From contig NC_086097.1 in the NCBI RefSeq assembly GCF_963921235.1, positions 254,140,001 through 254,204,000 of the forward strand: a DNA stretch of 64,000 nt. The letters are read 5' to 3'. Below, piece by piece: positions 49,701 to 62,700 of the stretch. Source of the DNA: Mobula hypostoma. Its lineage: Eukaryota. The position numbers were made by a program, and so were the translations under genes. The notes beneath the pieces are model-generated. The model was not told where the DNA came from. It saw only the letters and a list, made by a program, of their open reading frames with translations, and ran no database searches. Position 1 is the first letter of the stretch. Each line of letters begins with the position of its first letter.

Positions 49701-52190
49701 CTTATAAATTAGCTCTTTAACTTAAGCAAATAGCCTTCAATAGGATGAGTTAATAATAGGTTATATTGTGATTGAAGTTCCACCCTTTGTTTGAATAAAT
49801 CATTATTTGGGGGAATTGCATAAATATTATCTAAGTCTTTAATTTGTTTTGAAATCTTATCTAATTCTTCTTTAGTCTGTTTTTTAAGCTTAGCTGAATA
49901 AGAAATGATCTGACCACGTAAAAATGCTTTAAATGTATCCCATATGATTAATTTGGACGTGCCCCCATATCATTAAATAGAAAAGATTCTTTTATCTGGG
50001 TTTCAATGAAACTGACAAAGTCAGAATTTTGCAATAATGTCTGAGACATGTGCCAAGGTGGGCGGGCAAGAATGACATCATCAAATTCAAAAGACAAACT
50101 CAGAGGCGCATGATCAGATATAGCAATAGCGTCATATTCACAATCCGTAACTAGGCAAGAAGCGAGGATTGATTATAATATAATCAATCTTCAAATATTT
50201 TTTATAAGCATGTGAAAAGAAAGAATATTCTCTGTTATCGGGGTGCAGATACCTCCATAATTCAATCAATCCCAAAATGGGTCAAAAAGGAATTAATAAG
50301 TTACATGGAGCGATTTGGAAGTCGCTGATTGGTTGAGCTCTTGTTAATCAAAAGATTTAAACAACAGTTAAAATCCCGACCCATTATCAACATATATTCA
50401 TTTAAATCAGGCAGTAAAGCAAAAACATTTTTGAAAAAAGGATCATCTAAGTTAGGACCGTACAAATTAACCAAAACAACTTTTCTGTTACAGATCACTC
50501 CTTTAACAATTAAAAATCTGCCATTAAAATCTGACTCAATATCCTCTTGAGTAAATATATTGGATTTAATAAAGATGGACACACCCTTAGTTTTAGTCAT
50601 AGCCATACTTTATTGTTTTACTCTGCGAAGTGGAGTGAAATTGCAGACCCCTCCACCACCCAAAAAATCTGTTTTGATCTCCCACCCTGATATGTGTCTC
50701 TTGAGCAAAAATTATATCAGGTTGGAATCGGTTAATGATTTTAAAAGTCTTTTTTTGTTTGATAGGATGATTCCAACCACATACATTCCAACTTATTACA
50801 TTAATCTGTTTAAATACCATACTATAATTTTATTCTACTTTTACACATGTGTAGAGCACATACCAATACGGGATGATAGAAAATGGCAGCGATGAAGAAT
50901 ACAACCACACAGAAAATACGCATGCTCCGGAACCACCCAATGGGAAAAACCCCTAACTCTAACCCCACCCTCCTCCCCCCATAGCCCGAGAAAAGGCAAG
51001 CAACCTATGATAGAATACGAAGCCAGGGGCTGCTCTGTCTGTACAAAAAAATTTTTAAAGGTTCTCTCTCTCTCCCTCCCCCTAGTTAAAAAAATGACTG
51101 ACCTTGTAAGAGGAACAATAAAGTCACAACAAAGGAAAGTGTTTACATTCCAGCATCTACAAGCTATCTCATATTTATATTTAATCTTTTTTTAAACAAG
51201 CAAGAACCAAAATAATGTTATCTCTTAAAAAGAAAAACCAGCACCATTTTAAAATTTAACATTAAATCCTTAAAAAAAAACATTTAAATTCGGTAATAAG
51301 ATGCTATAATAAAGCAGAAAAAAAGTTAGTAGCATAATTAACCCAACTAAATTTTCGAAAATACCAATTAGTAATATCATAAGTAATTGAACCCTCCCCT
51401 AAATATATATATATGTATATAAAAGGAAGCCCCATTAGTAGGAAAAACTACCAATTAATTAATTAAGAAAGAAACAAAAAAAGACATCAAACCAGATATT
51501 AGGTTAAAGGAACAAGTCCCTTTATCTTCTTTTTCTCCGTCGAATGACGGAATAACCATTTAAACAGTCATACTTGAACCATAGATCTTCTTTCCAATAA
51601 AACCAATGATATGCAATAATGAACAAATCCCCTTATCTTCTTTTAATAGTCTCTCAATGAAATGTCCAAATAACCTTCATAAATCTTCTTTCCGAAATGC
51701 CAATAATATACAGAGAGCCAAACAACCTTTCAGACAGTTCATTCAGCAGCTGCAGCAGGTATAGTTAGAACGAACTCCAGTGCAGGTTTTGGATCAAAAA
51801 ATGTACGAGGAGGAGAGTTAGGAGGAAAAACTTTAATTCTTGTTGGGTAATGCAAGGAAAGAAACAGTTTCTTATCATATGCCTGTTTCATTACCAGAAC
51901 AAATCTTGATCTTTGTTCCATTACCTCCTTCGGATAATCCTCATAAAAACGGAGCTCAGATTCCTTAAATCTAAAGCTCCCTGTTTTCTTACCTGTCGCA
52001 TTATTTGATCTTTAATTTTAAAGTGATGAAAACAAACCAAAACAGACCTTAGTTTATTTGGATCTTTAAATTTCGAAGTAAAAGCTCTGTGTGCTCTTTC
52101 TATAGTAGGCGGTTGTGATAATATGGTAGGAAATAAGGTATGAGAACGCTTACCAAAGTAAGCAGTTAAATCTCCATCTTCAGCTCCTTC
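46799..52190 (-). mobile_element. Decayed L1-clade LINE: 3' part of ORF1, AT-rich spacer, fragmented ORF2, A-rich tail
   Basis: ORF1: IERAHRA..VLVCFHHFKIKDQI, LHYPTRIKV. APE: ISWNVCGWNHPIK..IIFAQETH, NLYGPN, GRDFN. RT: SYRPISLLNVDAKIL, SLDAEKAFDRV, SGYKINFSKSE, FRYLGV. Zn knuckle CDRC..LTHKYWSC. Confidence 0.9.
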
Positions 52191-52279
52191 TTGCATCTGC
52201 AGATTATTTTGTGTTAACCAATTAGAATGCTGTCTGCAGTACATCTTTAGAAATTTATTAGTGTGTTTGGTGACATACC

Positions 52280-52645
52280 AAATTTTCTCAGACATATAGC
52301 TGCTGATGTGCCTTCTTTGTAATTGCATCAATATGTGTGGCCCAGGGTAAGTCTTCAGAGATGTTGATGCCTAGAAACTTGAAGCTGTTCGCCCTTTCCA
52401 TTGTTTATCCCTCGAAAAGAACTGGTGTATGTTCCCTCAACTTCCCTTTCTTGAAGTCCACAATTCCTTGGTCTTACTTGAGTGCAAGGTTGTTGTTGTG
52501 ACACCACCACACCCGCTGATCTATCTCACTCCTACGCGCCTCCTTATCACTATCTGAGATTTTGCCAGCAACCATGGTGTTATCTGCAAATTTTTTGATG
52601 GTGTTTGAGCTTTGCTTAGCTTCACAGTTGTGGCTGTAGAGACAG
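52280..52645 (-). mobile_element. Rex1/Babar-like fragment
   Basis: Nucleotide similarity to 56930-57180 (aacttgaagctgttc.., gcaaggttgttgttgtgacaccac). Confidence 0.6.
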
Positions 52646-52859
52646 TCCAAGCCTAACTGGAATTTTAAGGGTAGTATTGAAGATCAGAATCAGGTTTATT
52701 ATTACTGGCATGTGTTGTGAAATTTGTTAATTTAGCAGTATCAGTTCAATGCAATACAAAATATAGAAGAATGAATAAATAAATAAATTACAGTAATGTA
52801 TATTGGCCAATAAAAGTCATGCAATAATAGAAATAATATATTGGATGGGTAATAATACA

Positions 52860-55800
52860 GATTGGATGGGTTGCACCTGAACTCGAGGGGGAACAATATC
52901 CTTGCAGGTAGGTTTGCTAGCATAGTTCGGGAGGGTTTAAACTAATTTGCGAGGGGGATGGGACCCAGAGCGATAGAGCAGTGAAAGAAGTGCATGGAGT
53001 AAAGCCAGATCTAACATACAGAGAGGCTTTGAGGAAAGAGAAGCAGAATAAACGGTGTAAAGACAGTAAGGTAGAAGGGCTGAAATGTGTATACCTCAAT
53101 GCAAGAAGCATCAGGAACAAAGGTGATGAACTGAGAGCTTGGATACATACATGGAATTATGATGTAGTGGCCATTACAGAGACTTGACTGGCACCAGGGC
53201 AGGAATGTATTCTCAATATTCCCGGATTTCAGTGCTTTAAAAGGAGTAGAGAGGGAGGAAAAGGGGGAAGAGGGGTGGCATTACTGGTCAGGGATACTAT
53301 TACAGCTACAGAAACGGTGGGTAATGCAGCAGGATCCTCTGTTGAGTCAATATGGGTGGAAGTCAGGAACAGGAAGGGAGCAGTTACTCTACTGGGGATA
53401 TTCTATAGGCCCCCTGGTAGCAGCAGAGATACAGAGGCGCAGATTGGGAGGCAGATTTTGGAAAGGTGTAAAAATAACAGGGTTGTTATCGTGGGTGACT
53501 TTTAACTTGCCTAATATTGATTGGCAGCTGATTAGTTCCAAGGGTTTAGAAGGTGCAGAGTTTGTTAAGTGTGTCCAGGATGGATACCTGCCACAGTATG
53601 TGGACAGGCCGACTTGGGGGAATGCCATACTAGATCTAGTACTAGGTAATGAACTAGTTCAGGTCACAGATCTCTCAGTGGGTAAGCATCTGAGGGACAG
53701 TGACCACCACTCCCTGGCCTTTATAATTATCATGGAAAAGGATAGAATCAGAGAGGACAGGAAAATTTTTAATTGGGGAAGGGCAAATTATGAGGCTATA
53801 AGGCCAGAACTTGCAGGTGTGAATTGGGATGATGTTTTTGCAGGGAGATGTACTATGGACATGTGGTCGATGTTTAGAGATCTGTTGCAGGATGTTAGGG
53901 ATAAATTTGTTCCGGTGAGGAAGATAAAGAACGGTGGGGTGACAAGTGAGGTGGAAAATCTAGTCAGGTGGAAGAAGGCAGCACACATGAATTCATCTAT
54001 GGAATTTGTTGCCACAGGCAGCAGTGGAGGCCAAGTCATTGGGTGTATTTAAGGCAGAGATTGATAGGTATCTGAGTAGCCAGGGCATCAAAGGTTATGG
54101 TGAGAAGGCAGGGCAGTGGGACTAAATAGGAGAAAATGGATCAGCTCGTGATAAAATGGCGGAGCAGACTCGATGGGCCGAATGGCCTACTTCTGCTCCT
54201 TTGTCTTATGGTCTTATGAGGTTTAGGAAGCAAGGATCAGATGGGTCTATTGAGGAATATAGGGAAGCAAGAAAGGAGCTTAAGAAGGGGCTGAGAAGAG
54301 CAAAAATGGGGCATGAGAAGGTCTTGGCGAGTAGGGTAAAGGAAAACCCCAAGGCGTTCTTCAATTATGTGAAGAACAAAAGGATGACAGGAGTGAAGGT
54401 AGGACCAATTAGAGATAAAGGTGGGAAGATGTGCCTGGAGGCTGTGGATGTGAGCAAGGTCCTCAATGAATACTCCTCTTCAGTATTCACCAATGAGAGG
54501 GAACTTGATGATGGTGAGGACAATATGAGCGAGGTTGATATTCTGGAGTATGTTGATATTAAGGGAGAGGAGGTGTTGGAGTTGTTAAAATACATTAGAA
54601 CGGATAAGTCCCCGGGGCCTGATGGAATATTCCCCAGGCTGCTCGGCGAGGCAAGGGAAGAGATTGCTGAACCTCTGGCTAGGATCTTTATGTCCTCGTT
54701 GTCGACGGGCATGGTACCGGAGGATTGGAGGGAGGCGAATGTTGTCCCCCTGTTCAAAAAAGGTAGTAGGAATAGTCCGGGTAATTATAGACCAGTGAGC
54801 CTTATGTCTGTGGTGGGAAAGCTGTTGGAAAAGATTCTTAGAGGTAGGATCTATGGGCATTTAGAGAATCATGGTCTGATCAGGGACAGTCAGCGTGGCT
54901 TTGTGAAGGGCAGACCGTGTCTAACAAGCCTGATAGAGTTCTTTGAGGAGGTGACCAGGCATATAGATGAGGGTAGTGCAGTGGATGTGATCTATATGGA
55001 TTTTAGTAAGGCACTTGACAAGGTTCCACACGGTAGGCTTATTCAGAAAGTCAGAAGGCATGGGATCCAGGGAAGTTTGGCCAGGTGGAATCAGAATTGG
55101 CTTGCCTGCAGAAGGCAGAGGGTCGTGGTGGAGGGAGTACATTCAGATTGGAGGATTGTGACCAGTGGTGTCCCACAAGGATCAGTTCTGGGACCTCTAC
55201 TTTTCGTGATTATTATTAATGACCTGGATGTGGGGGTAGAGGGGTGGGTTGGCAAGTTTGCAGACGACACAAAGGTTGGTGTTGTTGTAGGTAGTGTAGA
55301 GGATTGTCGAAGATTGCAGCGAGACATTGATAGGATTCAGAAGTGGGCTGAGAAGTGACAGATGGAGTTCAACCCGGAGAAGTGTGAGGTTGTACACTTT
55401 GGAAGGACAAACTCCAAGGCAGAGTAAATGGCAGGATACTTGGTAGTGTGGAGGAGCAGAGGGTTGTGGGGGTACATGTCCACAGATCCCTGAAAGTTGC
55501 CTCACAGGTGGATAGGGTAGTTAAGAAAGCTTATGGGGTGTTAGCTTTCATAAGTCGAGGGACAGAGTTTAAGAGTCGCGATGTAATGATGCAGCTCTAT
55601 AAAACTCTGGTTAGCCACACTTGGAGTACTGTGTCTAGTTCTGGTTGCCTCACTATAGGAAGGATGTGGAAGCATTGGAAAGAGTACAGAGGAGATTTAC
55701 CAGGATGCTGCCTGGTTTAGAAAGTATCTATTATGATCAGAGATTAAGGGAGCTAGGGCTTTACTGTTTGGAGAGAAGGAGGATGGGAGGAGACACGATA

Positions 55801-56143
55801 GAGGTGTACAAGATAATAAGAGGAATAGATAGAGTGGATAGCCAGCACCTCTTTCCCAGGGCACCACTGCTCAATACAAGAGGACATAGCTTTAAGGTAA
55901 GGGGTAGGAAGTTCAAGGGGGATATTAGAGGAAGGTTTTTCACTCAGAGAGTGGTTGGTGCGTGGAATGCACTGCCTGAGTCAGTGGTGGAGGCAGATAC
56001 ACTCATGATGTTTAAGAGACTACTAGACAGGTATATGGAGGAATCTAAGGTGGGGGGTTATATGGGAGGCAGGGTTTGAGGGTCGGCACAACATTATGGG
56101 CCGTAGGGCCTGTACTGTGCTGTACTATTCTATGTTCTATGTT
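52860..56143 (+). mobile_element. CR1 from end of ORF1 through ORF2 to tail; short CR1 3' end nested at ~53990-54215
   Basis: DGLHLN, YLNARSIRNK..YDVVAITET, FYRPPG, DHHSLAF, YMDFSKALDKV, GVPQGSVLGP, KFADDTK and a ttctatgttctatg tail. Related to 17450-21727. Confidence 0.9.
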
Positions 56144-56149
56144 GTATAT

Positions 56150-57730
56150 TGAAAAAGTGAGGTAGTGTTCACAGGTTTAATGTCTATTTAGGAATCGGAT
56201 GGCAGTAGGGAAGAAGCTGTTCCTGAATCGTTGAGTGTGTCCTTTAGGCCAGTGGTCCCCACCCTGTGGGCTGCGGACCAATACATTGCCGTGAAGCATG
56301 CAGTGGTGCAGCGATGGCCGGAATGCACCTAGCTCATCTTTAAGAAAAAAGCCGAAATAAACAAGCTAATTAATTAGGTGCCGCCCAGCACGTAAATGTC
56401 GGCCCAGATCAGAGGCGATGCAATCGGCAATCACCTCTGATCTGGGCCGACATTTACGTGCTGGGCGGCACCTAATTAATCAGCTTGTTTATTGCGACTT
56501 TTTTCTTAAAGATGTGCTGGGTGCCTCCCGGCTACCGCTGCACCACTGCTTTAGGCTTCTGTACCTCCTATCTAATGGTAAGAATGAGAAAAGGGCATGC
56601 CTTGGTTGCTGGGGGTCCTTAATAATGGACGCTGCCTTTCTGAGACACTGCTTCTTAAAGATGTCCTAGATACTTTGTAAGCTAGTACCCAAGATGGAGC
56701 TGACTAGATCTACAACCTTCTGCAGCTTCTTTCAGTCCTGTGCAGTAGCCCCTCCGTACCAGACAGTGATGCAGCCTGTCAGAATGCTCTCCACAGTACA
56801 ACTATAAAAGTTTTTGAGTGTTTTTGTTGACATACCAAATTTCTTCAAATTCCTAATGTAGTATAGTCGCTGTCTTGCTTTCTTTATAGCTGCATTGATA
56901 TGTTGGGACCAGGTTAGGTCCTCAGAGATCTTGACACCCAGGAACTTGAAACTGTTCACTCTCTCCACTTCTGATCCCTCTATGAGGATTGGTATGTGCT
57001 CCTCACCCTTCCTGAAGTCCATAATCAGCTCTTTTGTTTTACAGACGTTGAGTGCCAGGTTGTTGCTGCGACACCACTCCACTAGTTGGTATATCTTGCT
57101 CCTGTACACCTTCTCGTCACCACTTGAGATTCTACCAACAATGGTTGTATTATCAGCAAATTTGAAGATGGTATTTGAGCTATGCAGTCATGAGTATATA
57201 GAGAGTAGAGTAGTGGGCTAAGCACACACCCTTCAGGTGCACCAGTGTTGATTGTCGAGGAGGAGATATTATCACCAATCCGCACAGACTGTGGTCTTCT
57301 AGTTAGGAAGTCGACGATCCAGTTACAGAGGGAGGTACAGAGGCCCAGGTTCTGCAACTTCTCAATCATAATTTTGAGAATGATGGTGTTAAATGCTGAA
57401 CTATAGTTGACGAACAGCATCCTGACATAGGATTGTTTGTATTGTCCACATGATCTAAGGCCATGTGAAGAGCCGTTGAGATTGTGTCTGCCGTTGACCT
57501 ATTGTGGCGAAAGGCAAATTGTGATGGGTCCAGCTCCTTGCTGAGGCAGGAGTTCAGTCTGGTCATGACCAATCTCTCAAAGCATTTCACCACTGTATTT
57601 ATGAGTGCTACTGGACAATAGTTATTAAGGCAGCTCGCATTATTCTTCTTTGGCGCTGGTATAATTCTTGCCTTTTTGAGGGAAGTGGGCCTTCCGCCTT
57701 TAGCAGGGAGAGGTTGAAAATGTCCTTGAC
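56150..57730 (-). mobile_element. Rex1/Babar-like LINE RT region and C-terminus
   Basis: [69 protein letters not shown] and CTVESILTGCITVWYG. Confidence 0.82.
56250..56548. mobile_element. hAT-type palindromic MITE (299 bp)
   Basis: Ends CAGTGGT / ACCACTG, perfect 8-bp TSD CTTTAGGC (56242-49, 56549-56), and a ~120-bp-arm imperfect inverted repeat at 56301-56548. Confidence 0.88.
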
Positions 57731-59109
57731 CAGCTGATCTATCTCACCCCTGTACTCCTTATCAACAACAGTGGTGTTATCGGCAAATTTTTAGATGGTA
57801 TTTGAGCTGTGCTTAGCTACATAGTTGTGGCTGTAGAGACAGTTCAAGTTCAAGACCAGTCAAGGTCAAGTGTAATTATCATTCAACCATAAAAGAATGC
57901 ATGTGAATACAGCCAAACAAAACAGTGTGCCTCTGGATCCAAGGTGCAAAACAGTAGTCACACACTGCACAAAGCATATATAGCACATATAATTATGATA
58001 GTAGAAAAACTTTGTAGGCAGCCATCGATCCCAGAGGATAATGGGTTTGCACCTCTGGTGGACTATGTCTTCTCCAGGGCACAAGATTTGAAGAACCGAC
58101 TGTTGTCCATGCAGTGGGTCCCCCTCTCCACATCACCGATGTAGTCCAAGGGAAGGGCAAGCGCCGATACAGCTTGGCACCAGTGTCGTTACAGAGGTTG
58201 CCAGATTGAAGTTGTAAATAACATCAAACTGCCTTAGGGACCCCAGCTCCGGATTTCATCCTCAGGGTTTACTCCCGAAGCCTTTCCCGTGGGTTAGTAT
58301 GGCCGCAAGGCAACGGAGGTTTAAAATCAGAGTTTACCTTCTCCTAGGCGGACTGCCGTCCAAGGCTGACGAGCCCCAGCTGCCCGACGTAGAAAAAAAA
58401 CATACAATCACATCAAAAATATAGCCCAAGTCCCTGAATGTCATTTCCTTTAGATTGATGGTGCATGGGATGTTGTCATGGAGCCATGTTTCTGCAAAAA
58501 CAAGCCCACAGCAGTTCCTCATCACGTGCTAGTGCAGCTGCAGACAAACACAATCCAGCTTGTTTTCCACCGAGTGAACATTGGAGGGAAGTACGGGAGA
58601 GATTAGCCCCCAGCAGAGCATGGATGCCCGCTGTGCCTCACCGCCTCTAATGTGTCCTCCCCTGGGCAGCTCCAGCATGAGTGCCCAGACCGATGTCAGG
58701 CAGCTGCCCCACTGTTCGTCTCACCAATGAACCAGTGAATTGGACAGCATTATTCTACAATGCCAATGTCCAACAGGGTCTTGCAATCACAAATTACAAT
58801 GGTGGCAAGGTTACCAAAGATCATAAGCCTGGCGTTTGAGAGTATTTTTAAAAATCAACCAGAATGGTCAAAAAAGTTGATAGATGGCAAAATAGAGATT
58901 CATTTTCTAGTAGTCATTTACAGGAAAATAAAGAAGTACAATAGAATTTAAGAAAAATTATACATAATCAAAGACTGACAAATATACAAAAGAAGACAAA
59001 ATGTGCAAATAAATAAAATAAAGAATACTGAGAACATGACTTGTTGATTCCTTAATAGTGAATCCATAGGTTGAGGAATCTGTTCAGAGAGAAGTTGATT
59101 GAAGTTATC

Positions 59110-59470
59110 TGCACCAGTTCAGGAGCCTGATGGTTGAAGAGTATAACTGTTCCTGAACCTGCAGGAAGGCCTAGATGGTGGGGGTCCTAGATGCTGCTTT
59201 CCTGTGATTGTGCCCCATGTAGATGTACTCAGTGATGGGAAGGACTTTACCCCGATGGACCTCTTGTAGGCTTTTCCATTTCTGGACATTGGTGTTTCTG
59301 TACTAGTCAGGATGCTCTCCACTGTGCATCTGTGGAAGTTTGTCAAAATTTTAGCTGACGTGCCAAATCTGCACATACTTCTAAGAAAGCAGAGGTGCAG
59401 TTGTGCATTGTTTGTCATGGACCCAGGACAGATCCTCTGATATGATAATACCAAGGAGTTTAAAGTTACC
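59110..59470 (-). mobile_element. Decayed Rex1/Babar-like 3' fragment
   Basis: LCFLRSMCRFG..LTNFHRCTVESILT..FRNSY. Confidence 0.6.
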
Positions 59471-59697
59471 GGTGTTATCTAGGGAAATTGAGCATCTTGC
59501 TCCAGATCAGTAAGCAATCTGCTGGAGGTACTCAGTAAGTCCTACAATTGTCTGCAAAATCTTTGTGAATCATAGAAGTCTACAGCCTGGATTATCTATG
59601 TGTACGGATGTACGGATCGGTGTTGCATTTATCCAAATTGGCACATTACACCAGCTGTATTTGAAATAAGAGTTAGTCATTTTTTTTTATGTCAGTA

Positions 59698-60060
59698 ATT
59701 TGTTTAAATGGAAAGATGTTTCTCCTGCTACTTACGCTCAATGGTTATGCAACGTTATGTCATGCTTAGATATAGAGAAGATTCGTTGTTCAATTTCTGA
59801 ATCTCATCAAGTCTTTCAAACATTGTGGGGACCCTTTCTGAATTATTTTCAAAACTTTCAATACCCTCAATTCGTTGTTTAAATTTAGATGTTGGCTATT
59901 ATTAATTTTTATTATACGAGAAGGTACTTTACCTTTTATCGGTCTCGGTAAGGGTTAGACTCTTTTTCTGTAATAAATTAGTATATGTCAATATAACTTT
60001 GACTAACCTACATGTATATGGGGTAATGAGATGGTTATTATGAATAGGTATAATGTAACT
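59698..60060 (+). mobile_element. L1 ORF2 C-terminal fragment and 3' UTR
   Basis: FKWKDVSPATYAQWLCNVMSCLDIEKIR..FQTLWGPFLNYF, typical of a fish-type L1 ORF2 end. Confidence 0.65.
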
Positions 60061-60238
60061 GGTAGTAATTTGTTAAAGTTGTCACAAAGCATGTACCAAT
60101 AGTTTACTTCTTTTTGCTGCTTTGTCTGGTTGGGCTTGTCAAATGCAGATTTCTTACTTGGGAAAATTGACATTTCTGTTCTTGTATAAAATCATATGAG
60201 AACTATCAGAGTTCACATTCTGTGTTCTTTTCTTGCAG

Positions 60239-60281
60239 GTGGATACAAAGTATTTCAGAAGTTAAAGTCTTGTGCACTAAG
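60239..60281 (+). CDS. TMEM241: TMEM241 exon (43 nt), (G)GYKVFQKLKSCAL(S)
   Basis: ttcttttcttgcAG acceptor and AAG|GTAAAA donor. Phase 1/2. Matches recalled human GAYKILQKSQKPSALS. Confidence 0.9.
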
Positions 60282-60985
60282 GTAAAATAGTACAGTACAC
60301 AGAGTAGTTCAACATTCGAAGTTGTTCCGTTTCTTGGTCACCAATGAGAAGCTAGTCAGATTGTACCTGTTATTTCTTCTTTGTTTCAGGTCATTAATAA
60401 AATAATGTATGTACTTGTGATTTTATTTATTTAGACACACAGTACAGTAACAGGCCCTTCTAGTCCAACAAGCCCACCCCCACCCCCACCCCCAGTTACA
60501 GCCATGTGACCAACTAACATACAAACCTTACAGTCTTTGTACTGTGGGAGGAAACCAGAGTGCCTGGAGGAAAGCCTCATGGTCATGGAAAGAACGTACC
60601 AACTCCTGATAGGCAGTGGCAGGAGTTAAACACAGGTTGCTGGCACTGTTACAGCGATACACTAACCGCTGTGCTACCAATCAGCACAGAGTTATTAAAA
60701 TACTCTTCTTAAAAGTTCTTAAAATACTGTTTTCAAATTTTGAAAAATTTGGAAGAATTTCAACCGTGAAAGTAGTTTTGAAATGCAAAAGACACTGAAG
60801 TTGCTGGAAATCTGAAATGGAAGCAGGAAATGCTGGAAGGATGAGGTAGACTCTGTACAGAGAGAAACTGAGTGAATGTTTCAGGTCAAGGACTATTAAT
60901 CAGGCCTGTTCTGTTGATGAATGCTCATCACACTAATTCATAAGGGTTATCATAGACTTGTTCTGTTGATGAATGCACATCACAC

Positions 60986-61345
60986 TAATTGAGCTCTGAC
61001 CAGCGACCAACTCGGACATCAGAAGTTTGCGAGGAGGGAAATGCCCAAGTAGAAAAAGCAGCAGCAGATCACAGCAGCTTAATTGTGCCCTAACCAGCAA
61101 CCATTTGAAACATAAAAAATTTGTGACAAACATCAGAGATTTGCATGGAGGGGATTTCACTCCGGTCCACTAACCAAGTAGAAAAATGCAGCAGCAGATC
61201 ACGGCAGCTTATTTGAGCTCTGACCAAAGACCAATCTGGAGATCCAGAGTTTGAGAGGAGTGGATTTCACTCAGGTCCACTGACGTATTGAAAAAGGCAG
61301 CAGCGAATCGCAGCGGTGTAATTGAACTCTGACAGTGACCGATCA
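60986..61345 (+). repeat. Three to four degenerate ~95-130-bp tandem units directly upstream of a CR1 5' end
   Basis: Repeated blocks aattgagctctgacca, ggatttcactc.ggtccact and gtagaaaaa.gcagcagcagatcac.gcagctta. Confidence 0.7.
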
Positions 61346-62700
61346 GTGTTTGGGATTGATTAGCAAGAGCAAATGAAAGGAAGGTGGGAAAACGCAGCAG
61401 TCATCGTTGCAATGGCCATCGTCTGAGTGAACAGAGACAGAGTGGTGAGGCTTTAGCTCTTCAAGGCTTCAGTCAGAGAAGGCAAAAAAAAAGCTCTGGT
61501 AAAGTTTTATTCCCTTCCTTCTTTATGTCTGCTCAGTTAAGACTAGAGATACCAGGCGTAGTTGAATGCTGCTCTTGCAGGATGTGAGAAGGCAAGGAGA
61601 ACTACAGTGTCCCTGACAACTACAACTGCAAGAAGTGCATCCAGCTGCAGCTTCTAACAGATCGCGTTAAGGAGTTGGAGCTGGAACTGGATGAACTCCA
61701 GATCATTCGGGAGGCTGACGGGGTGATTGATAGGACATACAGAAAGGTAGTTATACCCAACGTACAGGACACAGGAAAATATGTGACATTTAGGAAGGGG
61801 AAAGGATTAATGACCATAAGATATAGTAGCAGACTTAGGCCATTTGGCCCATCGAGTATGCTCCACCATGTCATCATGGCTGATCCTTTTTCTTCTCAGC
61901 CCCAATCTCCTACTTTTCTTCCGTATCCCTTCATGCCCTGACTAATCAATAATCTATCAACCTCTGCCAATTACTTTGATAATAAATTTACTTTGAGAAG
62001 AGGTAAGAAGGAGATGATGATGCTGTCTTTTGAAGATGTCCTGATGGATAATTCCAGGATGATGTCCCTGTACAGTGCAGGAGGAATGCTGCACTGTCCA
62101 AGGTGCTGATCCTTGTCCCCGCCCTCCCAACACAGCAATATTCCATTCTTCTAAGCTGAAGAAGAGCTGTGGGAACCCTTCCCATTGACCCAGGGGCAAT
62201 ATTTATCTGTCGAATAACAAAACTAATCTAGGTAATCTGGTGACTGTCAGAGAAGCCAGTGCAGGGCACCCCTGTTGCCTACTCCCCCAGCAACATTTAC
62301 ACTGTTTGGGGGTTTTACCTAACACAGGAAAGTCACAGCGATCAAGTCTCTGGCACTGAGTCTGCCTCTGTGACTCAGAAGGGAAGGAGAGATGAGAGGT
62401 GTGCTGTGGTGATAGCGGTTTCGTTAGGGGTACGGACAGGAGGTTCTGTGGGCTAGAAAGAGATTCCTGGATGGTATGTTGCTTCCCAGGTGCCAGGGTC
62501 CGGAACATGTCGGGTCAACTCTTCAGCATTCTTAAGAGGGAGAGTGAACAGCCAGAGGTCGTGATTCGTGTAGGTACCAATGACATTGGGAGGACGAGTG
62601 ATGGGGTTCTGCAAAGGGAGTTCAGGGAGATTTGTGCTGTTAAGGACAGGACCTCCTGGGAATGTGATCTCAGGATTGCTACTCATGCCGGGTGCTAGTG
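61345..62700 (+). mobile_element. CR1 5' UTR + ORF1 remnant, interrupted at ~61812-62235
   Basis: VECCSCRM..YNCKKCIQLQLLTDRVKELELELDEL and MVCCFPGARV..QPEVVIRVGTNDIG (SGNH-like). Confidence 0.8.
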
